Counted from the first letter of the stretch, positions 10,828 to 21,009 are shown. The stretch: 64,000 bases of DNA from an uncultured Campylobacter sp. (GCA_963515585.1 CAUPXM010000004.1:7259-71258); one strand, 5' to 3'. A program made the numbers and translations. Notes: generated from the letters alone by a model not told the origin.

Positions 10828-12446
10828 GCTTCAATGTAATTAGCGAAGTGGTTACGAAAGACCGCTGTATCGGCTGCGGCGTCTGCGCGAGCAGCTGCCC
10901 TTTTAGCGTGCTAAAAATGCGGCTTGGAGGCAATGGATTTTACGCGCCTGAGGAGGGCGAAGGGTGCCGCGACAAATGTGATATTTGTCTAAAAGTCTGC
11001 CCGTTTTACGAAAAAGACATGCTTGAAAATGAGCTAAATTCTAAATCATACGCAGAGCTGAAAGGCTTTAGCCCAGATTTTGGCAGGTTTTTAGCCACTT
11101 ACAAATTCTACAAAAAAGATGAAGCGCAGCGCCTAAGCAGTGCGAGCGGCGGCGCGGGAGATTATATTTTTCGCGAGCTTTTTGCGCGCGGGCTCATTGA
11201 TTACGCGATTTGCGCCGTGCCTGCGGACGAAGGGGATTTTATAGCCCAAAATTCCAAGCGTGATTTTTCTGCCTGCAATAATTTAGCGCAGCCACAGAAT
11301 TTGCAAAATTCCGCAACCGAAAATTTCGAGCAGAATTCCGCAATTCCGAATTTAACGCAGAATTTGGCGGACGATGATTCTATAAATTTTACGAGTGCGC
11401 AAAATTCCTTTTGCGAAAATTTTACGCAGAATTCCATGCAGAATTTTACAAATGAAAATTTCGCACAGAATTCTAAAGCTTCTTGTAAAAATTCCGTATC
11501 AGCACAGAATTTTGCCTGCGAGAATTCTAAAAACACGCGAAATTATGCGGGCGAAAATTCCGTGCCGCTATTTAAATTTAGCGTGATAAAAAATGCTGGT
11601 GAGCTTACTCGCGCTCGCTCGTCCGCTTACTATCCGCTCACGCTTGAAGCAGTGCTAAAGGAGATGTCGCGCCGTGAGGGTAGATACGCGATTAGCGCGC
11701 TGCCGTGTTTTGCCAAGGCCTTAAGGCTTGCTGCGAGTAAAAATCCGCGCCTTAAATCCCGCATAAGCTTTATTATTGGGCTGGTTTGCGGACAGGGCAA
11801 GGGTGCTGGTTTTACGCATAAGCTGGCAGATCTTGCGTTTAAAGAGCGTAAGCAGCTCGCAGCAGTTAATTACAGATATAAAATCGCGGGCAAAAGTGCG
11901 ATGAGCTTTGGCTTTAAATTCCGCGCTACAGACGGTAGCGAGGCGATAGACGATCGCAGTAGTAGCGCCTTTGCCTACTGGAGTTCGCGCGCTTTTACGC
12001 CGCTTGCGTGCAACGCCTGCACCGACGTTTTTGCCAAATGCGCCGACGTCGTACTGATGGATGCGTGGCTGCAAAGCGAAATGAGCGAGTGGCGCGGCAC
12101 ATCGCTCGTAATTACGCGCGCAGCTCAGATTGACGTGCTATTTTCGCAGCCTACGAAGCAGGCACGCGAGGCGATTTTTTGCGAGCGGATATCCGCAACG
12201 GAGGTGCAGCGCTCGCAGCAAAGCCAGGTAGAGTGCAAAAACGAAATTTTCTATGGCGCGAAAAACCCGCTTAAGCGTTACATCTTGCGCCAGAAGCTTC
12301 AGATCCAGCGATATAGCGCTACGCATTTTGATTGTGATGATTTCATCGCTGCTAGGCTTAAAAAAATTGCCGCTGCGAATAAAGTGCTAGCGCTTTTGAC
12401 GCTACCAAAGATCGCGGCATATAAAATTTATAGGAAGTTTGCATGA
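10824..12446 (+). CDS. 4Fe-4S protein of the coenzyme F420 hydrogenase/dehydrogenase beta-subunit-like family, with a low-complexity insertion
   Basis: Two Cys clusters (CIGCGVCASSCP, CDICLKVCP), SSASGG, ALPCFAKALR and GLVCGQGKG. This family is typically paired with pyruvyl transferases in glycan loci. About 109 aa of QNS/ENF repeats are inserted. Confidence 0.75.
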   Translation: MSFNVISEVVTKDRCIGCGVCASSCPFSVLKMRLGGNGFYAPEEGEGCRDKCDICLKVCPFYEKDMLENELNSKSYAELKGFSPDFGRFLATYKFYKKDEAQRLSSASGGAGDYIFRELFARGLIDYAICAVPADEGDFIAQNSKRDFSACNNLAQPQNLQNSATENFEQNSAIPNLTQNLADDDSINFTSAQNSFCENFTQNSMQNFTNENFAQNSKASCKNSVSAQNFACENSKNTRNYAGENSVPLFKFSVIKNAGELTRARSSAYYPLTLEAVLKEMSRREGRYAISALPCFAKALRLAASKNPRLKSRISFIIGLVCGQGKGAGFTHKLADLAFKERKQLAAVNYRYKIAGKSAMSFGFKFRATDGSEAIDDRSSSAFAYWSSRAFTPLACNACTDVFAKCADVVLMDAWLQSEMSEWRGTSLVITRAAQIDVLFSQPTKQAREAIFCERISATEVQRSQQSQVECKNEIFYGAKNPLKRYILRQKLQIQRYSATHFDCDDFIAARLKKIAAANKVLALLTLPKIAAYKIYRKFA

Positions 12447-13504
12447 AGATCGGGATTTTTACCCTGCCGCTAGTAAATAATTACGGCGGAATTTTACAAG
12501 CTTATGCGCTAAGCCGCGTGCTAGTGGAGCTTGGGCATGAGCCACGTCTCATAAACTTGCGCCTGCAAAGAAGTAAACTATCGATTGCGTATATTAAATT
12601 TTTAGTGGCGCGCACGCTAAAAAAGGAGCTTTGCGGCGCGAAATTTAATCCCTCTTACGAGCGCGATACTAGTGAGTTTGTAGCGGAAAATATCCCTTTA
12701 ACCGTGCCTGTTTGCACGCCCGCGGATTTAAAAGCGCTGTGCGAGAAAGAACGCTTTGAAGCGGTGATTTTAGGAAGCGATCAAGTTTTTCGTCCTAGCT
12801 ATTTTGCGGATTTTGCAGATTGCTTTAGCCTTGGATTTTTGCCGCCTAACTGCACGCGGATCGCCTATGCTGCAAGCTTCGGCGGAGATAGGCTCTGTGG
12901 GCTTAAAAATCCCGCAGATTTAAAAGCTCACGCTGCAAATTTGGCTAAATTTAAAGCTATTTCGGTGCGTGAGTGCGATGGTGTAGAGCTTGCACGCGAA
13001 TGCTTTGGTGTAGATGCGCACTGGGTACTGGATCCTACGCTTTTAGCTAACAAAGAGATTTACGATAAATTTTTAAGCCATGCGCCAAAGCGCAAGGGCT
13101 TTGCCTATATCCTAGATCCATCGCCTCGCTCAGAAGCGGCGATAGAGCTACTAAAAAAGCAAAGCGGCCTAGAGATAGATGAGGTGAACGACCGCGGCAA
13201 CCGTATCGGCATAAAAGCATGGTTAAGCGCTATTGCGGGCGCGGAGTTTGTGCTAACCGACTCATTTCACGGCTGCGTATTTTCCATAATCTTTAATAAG
13301 CCGTTTTTTGCGCTCGTTAACGCTAGTCGCGGCGCGTCGCGCTTTAGCTCGCTTTTGGGCTCGTTCGGGCTTGAAGATAGAGCTTTGCAAGATCCCAAAG
13401 ACGCGCGCTTGGACGCGACTATCGATTGGAATGGCGTAAATGAGGCGTTGCGCCGTAAAAGAGAGGACTCGATGAAATTTTTAAAAACAAGTTTAGGCTC
13501 ATAA
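12443..13504 (+). CDS. polysaccharide pyruvyl transferase family protein
   Basis: 353 aa. N-terminus MKIGIFTLPLVNNYGGILQAYAL and the GSDQVF motif are typical of the family. ATGA-type overlap with the upstream Fe-S gene. Confidence 0.75.
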   Translation: MKIGIFTLPLVNNYGGILQAYALSRVLVELGHEPRLINLRLQRSKLSIAYIKFLVARTLKKELCGAKFNPSYERDTSEFVAENIPLTVPVCTPADLKALCEKERFEAVILGSDQVFRPSYFADFADCFSLGFLPPNCTRIAYAASFGGDRLCGLKNPADLKAHAANLAKFKAISVRECDGVELARECFGVDAHWVLDPTLLANKEIYDKFLSHAPKRKGFAYILDPSPRSEAAIELLKKQSGLEIDEVNDRGNRIGIKAWLSAIAGAEFVLTDSFHGCVFSIIFNKPFFALVNASRGASRFSSLLGSFGLEDRALQDPKDARLDATIDWNGVNEALRRKREDSMKFLKTSLGS

Positions 13505-13505
13505 A

Positions 13506-14585
13506 ATGAAAATAGCTATGGTAATTTCTGCTTTAGGCAAGGGCGGTGCCGAGCGCGTGCTAAGCGTGCTGGCAAATTTTTTCTGCCGCGAGAATGAAGT
13601 CTGTGTGATAAAATTTGACGCAGATGAGCCGTTTTACGCGCTAGATCCTAAGATCGAGCTTATTAGCTTAGATTTAGGAGTAGGCGATTTAGGAGTTTTT
13701 GGCAATATAAAAAAGCGCTACGATAAAATTTTAGCCTTGCATAGGCTTCTAAAAAGTCGTAAATTTGACGTCGTAATCTCGTTTTTAGATAATACCAATG
13801 TCCTTACGCTTATCGCAAATCTTGGAGTCGGGCAGAAAATCATCGTCTCCGAACACACCAATCATCGTTTTTTAAAAAGTCCGATCTGGCGAGCTCTCAA
13901 GCGGATCTTTTATCCGAGGGCTGCAGGTCTTAGTGTGCTTAGTAAATTTGATCTGGATCATTACACATATGTGCAAAATCGCGTGATTATGCCTAATCCG
14001 ATGTTTGAGATCAGCCATGCTAAAGATGCTCGCCCGCCTAAAGAAAATATCATCCTAGCGGCCGGCCGGCTTAATGTCTATAAGGGCTTTGATGTCCTTC
14101 TTAAGGCACTTGCGCTTATAGATTTCAATCTTTTAAAAGAGTGGAAGGTGGTGATCGCAGGCGACGGAGAGGAGCGAAAGAGCCTTGAAAGCCTAGCTGC
14201 GAAGCTGCGCTTAAATGTGCAGTTCATCGGCTTTGTGCGCGATATCGAAAGCTTATATGAACGCGCTAAAATCGTAGTCGTAACCTCCAAGATGGAGGGC
14301 TTTTGTAATATTTTGATGGAAAGTATATTTTTCGGCACCGCTAGAATTTCTACGGATTGCATCGCAGGTCCTAGCGAGCTTATAAGCGACGGCGTAGATG
14401 GGTTTTTATGCCCTGTAGGCGATAGCGCGAGCATCGCAAAAAAGCTTGAAATTCTAATGAGCGACGAAAAGCTACGCGAGCGACTCGTGCAAAACGCCTC
14501 CAAGCGCGAAGAGAGCTTTAAAATTGAAACGATCGGGCGACGCTGGCTGGATTTCATAGCCGCTACGATACACAGGGAGGAATAA
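13506..14585 (+). CDS. GT4 glycosyltransferase, PglH-like
   Basis: MKIAMVISALGKGGAERV N-terminus, ISFLDNTNV and SEHTN motifs, and a C-terminal GT-B E-x7-E region. Resembles C. jejuni PglH from memory. Confidence 0.8.
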   Translation: MKIAMVISALGKGGAERVLSVLANFFCRENEVCVIKFDADEPFYALDPKIELISLDLGVGDLGVFGNIKKRYDKILALHRLLKSRKFDVVISFLDNTNVLTLIANLGVGQKIIVSEHTNHRFLKSPIWRALKRIFYPRAAGLSVLSKFDLDHYTYVQNRVIMPNPMFEISHAKDARPPKENIILAAGRLNVYKGFDVLLKALALIDFNLLKEWKVVIAGDGEERKSLESLAAKLRLNVQFIGFVRDIESLYERAKIVVVTSKMEGFCNILMESIFFGTARISTDCIAGPSELISDGVDGFLCPVGDSASIAKKLEILMSDEKLRERLVQNASKREESFKIETIGRRWLDFIAATIHREE

Positions 14586-15850
14586 TGAGCGAAAATCCCC
14601 TAATCTCGGTCATCATCCCCGTTTATAATGTCAAAGAATTCCTGCGCGCTTGCGTGGAGCGTATCACGGCGCAGACCTATACGAATTTAGAAATTTTACT
14701 CGTAGATGATGGCTCAAATGACGGCAGCGAGGCGATTTGTGACGAATACGCCGCGCGCGATCCCCGTGTGTGCGTGCTGCATAAACCAAACGGCGGGCAG
14801 GCTAGCGCGCGAAACGCTGCTTTAGATGTCGCTCGCGGGGAGTTTATCAGTTTCGTAGACAGCGATGATTTAATAAGCCTTGATTTGATTGAGACTCTTT
14901 TTCATCTTACGCAGAAATTTTGCACCAAAATCGCTATGTGCGGCTACACAGCATTTAGCGACGAGAGCGAAATAAATAATTTCAAGGCGGCTTTAAATTC
15001 TAAAGAAAATCAAAATTCTAAAGAGATTAGCGATCCAGGAGGAGCTGCAAATTCGAATGCCAACGCAGGCGAATACAAAATATCGCCGCAAGAGCTTTTT
15101 AGACGCAGCTGCACGCAGGATCCGTATTTTAGCACCGCGGTTTGGCGCGCGCTGTTTGCTCGCGAAATTTTCACTGCTTTGCGCTTTCCTACGGGGCAGA
15201 TCTATGAGGATGTGGCGATATTTTTTGATATTTTTAACGCTTCTATTACGGCGTGCACGGATGAAATTTTATATTTTTACCGCGTAAGGGCTGGCTCGAC
15301 CGTAAACTCATTTGCGCGCAGGCATCTTGCGGTCATCGCTGCGGTGCGCCGCTATACTGAGGCGATCGCTGTGAATTATCCAAGCTTGGCGCGTGAGGCT
15401 AATTTTACTCGCTGCGAGTCCGCGCTGAATACGGCGTTTTTAATTATCAAATCGAGCTTTGACGCTGCAGGCTCGGATGGGGATGCAACTTCTCCTTCCG
15501 AGGCTAATACGCGCAGCTTGGCAAACGAGGCAGATTTGCATGGAGCTGATAGTTTATCTTGTGCATGCGGTAAAAATTCCGCATTTAAAAATTCCGCCAA
15601 GCAAAATTATATGCGAAATTCCGAGCAAAATTCTGCGTCGCAAAGAAAGATCGCAGATCCCCGCTCGCCTTTAAACGCCGCAGAAGCTGCGGATCAGATC
15701 CGCTCACTGCACGCTTTGGTGCGCGAGCGGCTGGATTTTGGATTTTTCGCGGCGCATGCAAGCCGCACGCAGACGCTGATGATGTTCTTGTTTTACGCTA
15801 GCCCCGCGCTTTTGCGGCTATTTTATAAAATTTATCGGAAGCTAAAATGA
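14585..15850 (+). CDS. GT2 glycosyltransferase with two low-complexity insertions
   Basis: SVIIPVYNVKEFL...LLVDDGSNDGS...FVDSDD (GT-A DxD). Insertions at about 14963-15073 and 15458-15670. Confidence 0.8.
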   Translation: MSENPLISVIIPVYNVKEFLRACVERITAQTYTNLEILLVDDGSNDGSEAICDEYAARDPRVCVLHKPNGGQASARNAALDVARGEFISFVDSDDLISLDLIETLFHLTQKFCTKIAMCGYTAFSDESEINNFKAALNSKENQNSKEISDPGGAANSNANAGEYKISPQELFRRSCTQDPYFSTAVWRALFAREIFTALRFPTGQIYEDVAIFFDIFNASITACTDEILYFYRVRAGSTVNSFARRHLAVIAAVRRYTEAIAVNYPSLAREANFTRCESALNTAFLIIKSSFDAAGSDGDATSPSEANTRSLANEADLHGADSLSCACGKNSAFKNSAKQNYMRNSEQNSASQRKIADPRSPLNAAEAADQIRSLHALVRERLDFGFFAAHASRTQTLMMFLFYASPALLRLFYKIYRKLK

Positions 15851-16890
15851 AAATTTTATTCGTCATCGCGGCTCTTAGAAACGGCGGCGCCGAGCGCGTG
15901 CTTCAGGTTTTGGCGAACCATTTTGCGCGCGCAAACGACGTTACGATCGCGATTTTGGAAAACGACGAGGGCAGGTATAAATTTAGCGAAAAGATAAAAT
16001 TTTTGCATTTGGACGTTTATAAAAACGGCGGCAGGTTCGATAAATACAGAATTTTGCGCAAGTGTTTCAAGCGCGAGCGCCCAAGCGTCATCATCAGCTT
16101 TATGGACTGGACGAACGTAGCGTGCGTGATCGCAAGCTTTGGGCTAGGCATCCCGCTCATCGCGACCGAGCACAACGCGCACGATTATCTGCGAAGCGGG
16201 TTTTTTAGCCGCGTGCGCGATCTGTGCTATAAAAAAGCGGACGCGCTTACGGTGCTTACGCGTTCGGACTTTGAGTACTATTCGCGATTTGTCAAAAACT
16301 GCTTCGTCGTGCATAACCCCTTTTTCGGCGAGATTTGCGATACCAATGGCGCTAAGCGAAATGTGATCTTAAGCGTCGGCAGGCTCGAGCCCGTAAAGGG
16401 GTATGAAATTTACTTTGACGCGCTAAGCAGGATCGATAAAAGCCTGCTTGCGAAGTGGGAAATTTTAATCGCGGGCGACGGCTCGCTGCGCGAAAGCTTG
16501 CGCGAGCTCGTGGCGCGGCTAGGGCTTGAAGTACGATTTTTAGGGCACAAGCAGGACGTGAGCGAGCTGTATAAAGAAGCCAAAATTTTTGTGCTAAGCT
16601 CGCTTAGCGAGGGGCTTTCGAACGTGCTGATCGAGTCTGCGTTTTACGGCTGCGCACGGCTTAGCAGCGACACGGCGGGCGCAAAAGAGCTCATAAAGGA
16701 CGGCTTTAGCGGCATTTTGTTTAAATGCGGCGATGCAAATGAGCTTGCGAGCAAGCTCGAAAATTTAATGAGCGATGAGAAGCTGCGAGACGCTCTCGTG
16801 CAAAATGCAAATGAAAATTTAGACGAGTTTTCGCAAGAGCGCATCGTTGAGCTCTGGCAGGGCTTGATCGATCGGTTTGCGCGCAAATAA
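15847..16890 (+). CDS. GT4 glycosyltransferase, second PglH-like paralogue
   Basis: MKILFVIAALRNGGAERV, ISFMDWTNV and TEHNA motifs. Parallel architecture to 13506..14585. Confidence 0.8.
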   Translation: MKILFVIAALRNGGAERVLQVLANHFARANDVTIAILENDEGRYKFSEKIKFLHLDVYKNGGRFDKYRILRKCFKRERPSVIISFMDWTNVACVIASFGLGIPLIATEHNAHDYLRSGFFSRVRDLCYKKADALTVLTRSDFEYYSRFVKNCFVVHNPFFGEICDTNGAKRNVILSVGRLEPVKGYEIYFDALSRIDKSLLAKWEILIAGDGSLRESLRELVARLGLEVRFLGHKQDVSELYKEAKIFVLSSLSEGLSNVLIESAFYGCARLSSDTAGAKELIKDGFSGILFKCGDANELASKLENLMSDEKLRDALVQNANENLDEFSQERIVELWQGLIDRFARK

Positions 16891-17140
16891 CGGTCGCTTA
16901 TCGATGCCCTAGCGGCGCGCAGGGATTAAATTTAAACTTCGGTGTGCTAAGATAGCGTCTTGCGCCCGAGCAAAACGGCGCGTTTAAATTTACAAGCCGC
17001 ATCGCGCGATGAAATTTAGCCGCTTGGGGCAGCGCAAAATGCGCTGAATTTAAAACAGATTGCGCGGCGTATGCTCGCATAAAAAGGCGCGAGCAAAGCT
17101 TAAATTTAGGGCGCGGCAGCGATATTTAAAAGGTAAAGGG

Positions 17141-18259
17141 ATGAAGAAATTAAGCGTTTTTATCTATTCGATGGCAGGAGGCGGCGCCGAGCGCGTCGTA
17201 AGCAACCTCTTAGGCGAGCTTACGGCACGCTACGAAGTGCATTTGGTGCTGATGAACGAGAGGATTTTTTATGAAATTCCAAGCGGCGTGCAGATCCATT
17301 TCATCGAAAAATCAGCCCCTTTTGAAAATGGACTGCTGAAGCTCGCAAAGCTGCCGTTTTTGGCGCTTAGGTACAAAAAACTATGCGAGCGCCTAGGTAT
17401 CGACATCCACTTCGTTTGGATGAACCGCCCGTGTTACGTGGCGGCGCTGGCGCGAGTTTACGGGCTACGCGGAACGATGATTTTTAACGAATGCTCGACG
17501 CCGTCGGTGCTGTATAAAGAGCCGAGCTTCAAATCCAAAATTTCAAAGCTTTTGCTGCGCAAGCTCTATCCGAAGGCCGATTTTATCTTCCCCAACTCGC
17601 TTGGAAATCTGCGCGATCTGGCGGATAATTTCGGGATTGACGAGCGCAAGATGAGCGTACTATATAACGCGATCGATCTGGATGAGATCGGTCGCAAAGC
17701 GGGTGAGCAGGTCGCGCAGGAGCGGCCGTTTTTCCTAAGCGTCGGCAGGCTCGATGCGGGCAAAAACCACGCACTTTTGATCCGCGCGTATGCGAATTTA
17801 AAAAATAACGACAAAGACCTGTTGATTTTGGGCGACGGCGTACTGCGAGCCGAGCTTGAGGCTCTGATAGAGGAGCTGGGCTTAGGCGGCCGCGTGAAGC
17901 TTTTGGGCTTTGACGCAAACCCGTATAAATATATGGCTAGATGCTACGCGTTTGTTTTCGTAAGCCTTTTTGAGGGGTTTTCAAACGCGCTTATTGAAGC
18001 GCTTGCATGCGGCAAGCTCGTGATTTCAAGCGATCATCAAAGCGGCGCGCGCGAGCTTTTGGGGCAGAGCAAATGGGGCGTGCTGGTGGGCGTGAACGAT
18101 CTAGAAAGCACTCAAGCGGCGATGCAAAAAGCGCTGGATGATGAAAATTATGTAAAATTTTATGAGAAAAAGGCTAAAATTAGAGCCTCGTTTTTCGATA
18201 AAAAACGGATAGCAAGCGAGCTGATCGCAAAAATAGAACAAATCGACGAAGGAAAATAG
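17141..18259 (+). CDS. pglJ: GT4 glycosyltransferase PglJ-like
   Basis: MKKLSVFIYSMAGGGAERVV..., LPFLALRYKKLCERLGID and GRLDAGKNHALLIRAYA closely parallel C. jejuni PglJ (from memory). ATG 17141 follows AAAGG. The track start at 17060 adds an Arg/Lys-rich, non-homologous extension. Confidence 0.8.
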   Translation: MKKLSVFIYSMAGGGAERVVSNLLGELTARYEVHLVLMNERIFYEIPSGVQIHFIEKSAPFENGLLKLAKLPFLALRYKKLCERLGIDIHFVWMNRPCYVAALARVYGLRGTMIFNECSTPSVLYKEPSFKSKISKLLLRKLYPKADFIFPNSLGNLRDLADNFGIDERKMSVLYNAIDLDEIGRKAGEQVAQERPFFLSVGRLDAGKNHALLIRAYANLKNNDKDLLILGDGVLRAELEALIEELGLGGRVKLLGFDANPYKYMARCYAFVFVSLFEGFSNALIEALACGKLVISSDHQSGARELLGQSKWGVLVGVNDLESTQAAMQKALDDENYVKFYEKKAKIRASFFDKKRIASELIAKIEQIDEGK

Positions 18260-18261
18260 GC

Positions 18262-21009
18262 GTGGGTGAAGAAAAAAAGGCTTTTAGCGTCAGAGAGATC
18301 GACGAAGGATCGGACGATCAAAAAGGCGCGCAATCAATGGGTGCGGACAAAGCTGCCTTAAGCGAAAATTTCGCTAGTGAGGGAAATTTTGACGCAGAGT
18401 ATTCCGCAAGCGGCGGTGAGAATTTTAGCGGCGAAAATGCCGAGCTCAAGGGTAGCGAGGACGCCGTGCCTCAGAGCGATAAAAATTCTGCGCTTGATGC
18501 AAAAAATTCTGCGAGCAAAAATTCCGCGCACGCCGGCGTTAGAAATTTAAGCGACGATCAAGCGCGCGCTGTTTCTGCACAAATGCGAGCACAAAAAAAA
18601 TTCAAAAAGGCTAAAAAATCAAGCGGACGAAATTCTACCTCGGTAAATTCTGAAAATTCCGCAGGCGCAAATTCTACAAACTCAAATTTAAAGGGCGCTG
18701 CAAATTCCACGAGCAAAAATTCTACAAATAAAAATTCCGCAAAAGCCGCTAATTTGGCTAAATTTAAAAATGCGAATTCCGCAAGTGCTTTAAATTCTAC
18801 AAACGGCATAAATTCTGATAATTCTAAAAGCCCCACAGCGGAAAATTCCCAAAATTCTAAAAATCAGGCAGCCGGCGCGCTTCCTGCTAGGCGCAGAATT
18901 TTTGGCTTCATAAAAAATTATGAGTTTTCCAAGCATATTTTGCTGATGATTTTGCTAGCGTTTGCCTTTAGCGTGGCGTTTCGCATGTGGTGGGTGCACT
19001 GGGCGAGCGGCTTTGCGAACTACTTTTTTTGGGACGGCGAGCTGATGATAAATACAAACGACGGCTACGCCTTTGCAGAGGGCGCGCGCGATCGCCTCGC
19101 CGGCTTTCATCAGCCCAACGATCTTAGCTACTTTAGTGCACCGCTTTCGATCGTAACGGCGTTTTTGGCTGAAATTTTGCCCTTTAAAATCGAGACGATA
19201 TTCGTTTATCTGCCGGCTTTGTTTAGCTCGCTCATCGTAGTGCCGATTTTGCTTATCTCAAGCGAGTTTCGCTGCATGCGCGCAGGCTTCATCGGTGCGC
19301 TTGTCGCGAGCGTGGCGAATAGCTACTACAACCGCACGATGGCTGGGTATTACGACACCGATATGCTAAATATTGTACTTGCGATGTGTATTTTGTGGGC
19401 GCTCATCCGCATTTGCACACGCGGCTCGCGCAGCACGCTGTTTTGGTTGGGCGCGTTTGTGATATTTTATATGTGGTGGTATCCCTCCAGCTTCTCGCTA
19501 AATTCCATGATGCTCGCTGTATTTTTCGCCTACACGTTGATTTTTAAGCGAAAAAGTGCGGTGAATTACGAAGCGATGATTATCTTTTTGATCGCGCTTT
19601 GTTCCACGCCTTTGGTAGCTAAAATTTTAATCTCGCTTGCGCTATTTTGGCTCTTTGCGTTTAGAGGAAAGCTATTAAATTTTAAAATTTTGGCGATTAT
19701 CGGCGCGCTTGTCGTAGCGTTTTTCATCGCAAACGGAGGCCTTAGCCCGATCATATTTCAGGCGAAATTTTATATCTTCCGTTCCCTTGCGGACAACACC
19801 GATACGGCATTTCATTTTTTCAACGTCAATCAAACGATCCAAGAATCGGGCATCGTGCCGCCTAAGATCTTTATGGAGCGCATCAGCTCGCACGTCGCAG
19901 TTTTCGTGATCGCGGCGATCGGATATGCGGTGCTTTGCTTTAGGCATAAGGAATTTTTACTCTCGATCCCACTTTTGCTTTTGGGCTTTGCGGCGAACAA
20001 GGCGGGTCTTAGATTTACAATCTACGCCGTAGGCGTGATGGGACTGAGTTTCGGATATATTTTGTATTTTTGCGTAAAGCGCTTGGATCTGCCAAAGATC
20101 GCGGGACGCGCGATACTGCTTATTTTGACGGCGCTTGCGATCTATCCCGCGTGGCAGCATATCGTCTCGTACAAGGTCGATACGGTCTTTTATCAAAGTG
20201 AGGTGCGGGTGCTGGATGAGCTCAAAGATAAGGCGCAGCGCGAGGATTACGCGCTTTCGTGGTGGGACTACGGATACGGCATACGCTATTACAGCGACGT
20301 AAAGACCCTCATCGACGGCGGCAAACACCTAGGCAACGATAATTTCCCCGTTAGCTTCGCGCTTTTTAAAGATCAGATGAGCTCTGCAAATATGGCGCGC
20401 CTGGATGTCGAATACACCGAGCGTGGATATAGCGAAAAAATTCCAAACAAGCTAAAGCAAATTTTAAAAGATTATAACGCCACAGACGTAAATGATTTTA
20501 TCTTAAGCTTAGGACTGGCTGATTTTAAGCCACCGAAGCCTACGCGCGACATCTACTACATCCTGCCCGATCGCATGATGAATATCTTCCCCGTCGTCAC
20601 GCAGTTTTCAAACATCGACATCACCGACGGCAAGCAGCTAAATGAGCTGTTTTTCATAACGAGCGATAGGTTCGTTCAGGATCAAAGCGGCGTGCATATG
20701 GACAACGGCTTTTCGATCTCACCGAGCCTTTTAAATTTAGAGTATAGCGGCAGAAAATTCGCGATCAATACCTTTTACGAAACGAGCTACGACGCGAGTG
20801 GCAAGCTTGCGGTCAAGGAGTTTAATATGGACAGCAGCGCGCAATTTTACGTGATTTTCATGCGCGATTACGGGAGATTTTTGCTGCTAGATAAGACGAT
20901 GCTAAACTCAAGCTACATTCAGCTTTTTGTATTTGAAAGATATAGGCCTGAGCTATTCGAACCTGTAATCTTAAGCCCCGCTGTGAAAGTTTATAAATTA
21001 AAGCGCTAG
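18262..21009 (+). CDS. pglB: oligosaccharyltransferase PglB (STT3 family) with an N-terminal low-complexity extension of about 207 aa
   Basis: NDGYAFAEGARD and WWDYGY motifs and about 13 TM segments. Similarity to the C. jejuni PglB N-terminus begins only near residue 210 (RRIFGFIKNYEFSKHILLMILLAF). GTG 18262 lies 2 nt after the pglJ stop and has an AAGGAAAA RBS. Confidence 0.85.
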   Translation: MGEEKKAFSVREIDEGSDDQKGAQSMGADKAALSENFASEGNFDAEYSASGGENFSGENAELKGSEDAVPQSDKNSALDAKNSASKNSAHAGVRNLSDDQARAVSAQMRAQKKFKKAKKSSGRNSTSVNSENSAGANSTNSNLKGAANSTSKNSTNKNSAKAANLAKFKNANSASALNSTNGINSDNSKSPTAENSQNSKNQAAGALPARRRIFGFIKNYEFSKHILLMILLAFAFSVAFRMWWVHWASGFANYFFWDGELMINTNDGYAFAEGARDRLAGFHQPNDLSYFSAPLSIVTAFLAEILPFKIETIFVYLPALFSSLIVVPILLISSEFRCMRAGFIGALVASVANSYYNRTMAGYYDTDMLNIVLAMCILWALIRICTRGSRSTLFWLGAFVIFYMWWYPSSFSLNSMMLAVFFAYTLIFKRKSAVNYEAMIIFLIALCSTPLVAKILISLALFWLFAFRGKLLNFKILAIIGALVVAFFIANGGLSPIIFQAKFYIFRSLADNTDTAFHFFNVNQTIQESGIVPPKIFMERISSHVAVFVIAAIGYAVLCFRHKEFLLSIPLLLLGFAANKAGLRFTIYAVGVMGLSFGYILYFCVKRLDLPKIAGRAILLILTALAIYPAWQHIVSYKVDTVFYQSEVRVLDELKDKAQREDYALSWWDYGYGIRYYSDVKTLIDGGKHLGNDNFPVSFALFKDQMSSANMARLDVEYTERGYSEKIPNKLKQILKDYNATDVNDFILSLGLADFKPPKPTRDIYYILPDRMMNIFPVVTQFSNIDITDGKQLNELFFITSDRFVQDQSGVHMDNGFSISPSLLNLEYSGRKFAINTFYETSYDASGKLAVKEFNMDSSAQFYVIFMRDYGRFLLLDKTMLNSSYIQLFVFERYRPELFEPVILSPAVKVYKLKR

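Noticed and set aside
11201-11586. ORFs 11201..11536 (-) and 11395..11586 (+), and likewise 18558..18836 (-)
   Set aside because: These are alternate-frame or antisense readings of the repeat tracts. They are reported as a property of the repeat (a finding), not as genes.
14078-14557. 159-aa minus-strand ORF inside the GT4 gene
   Set aside because: It is antisense to a glycosyltransferase with clear family signatures. The translation is Ser/Arg/Leu-rich.
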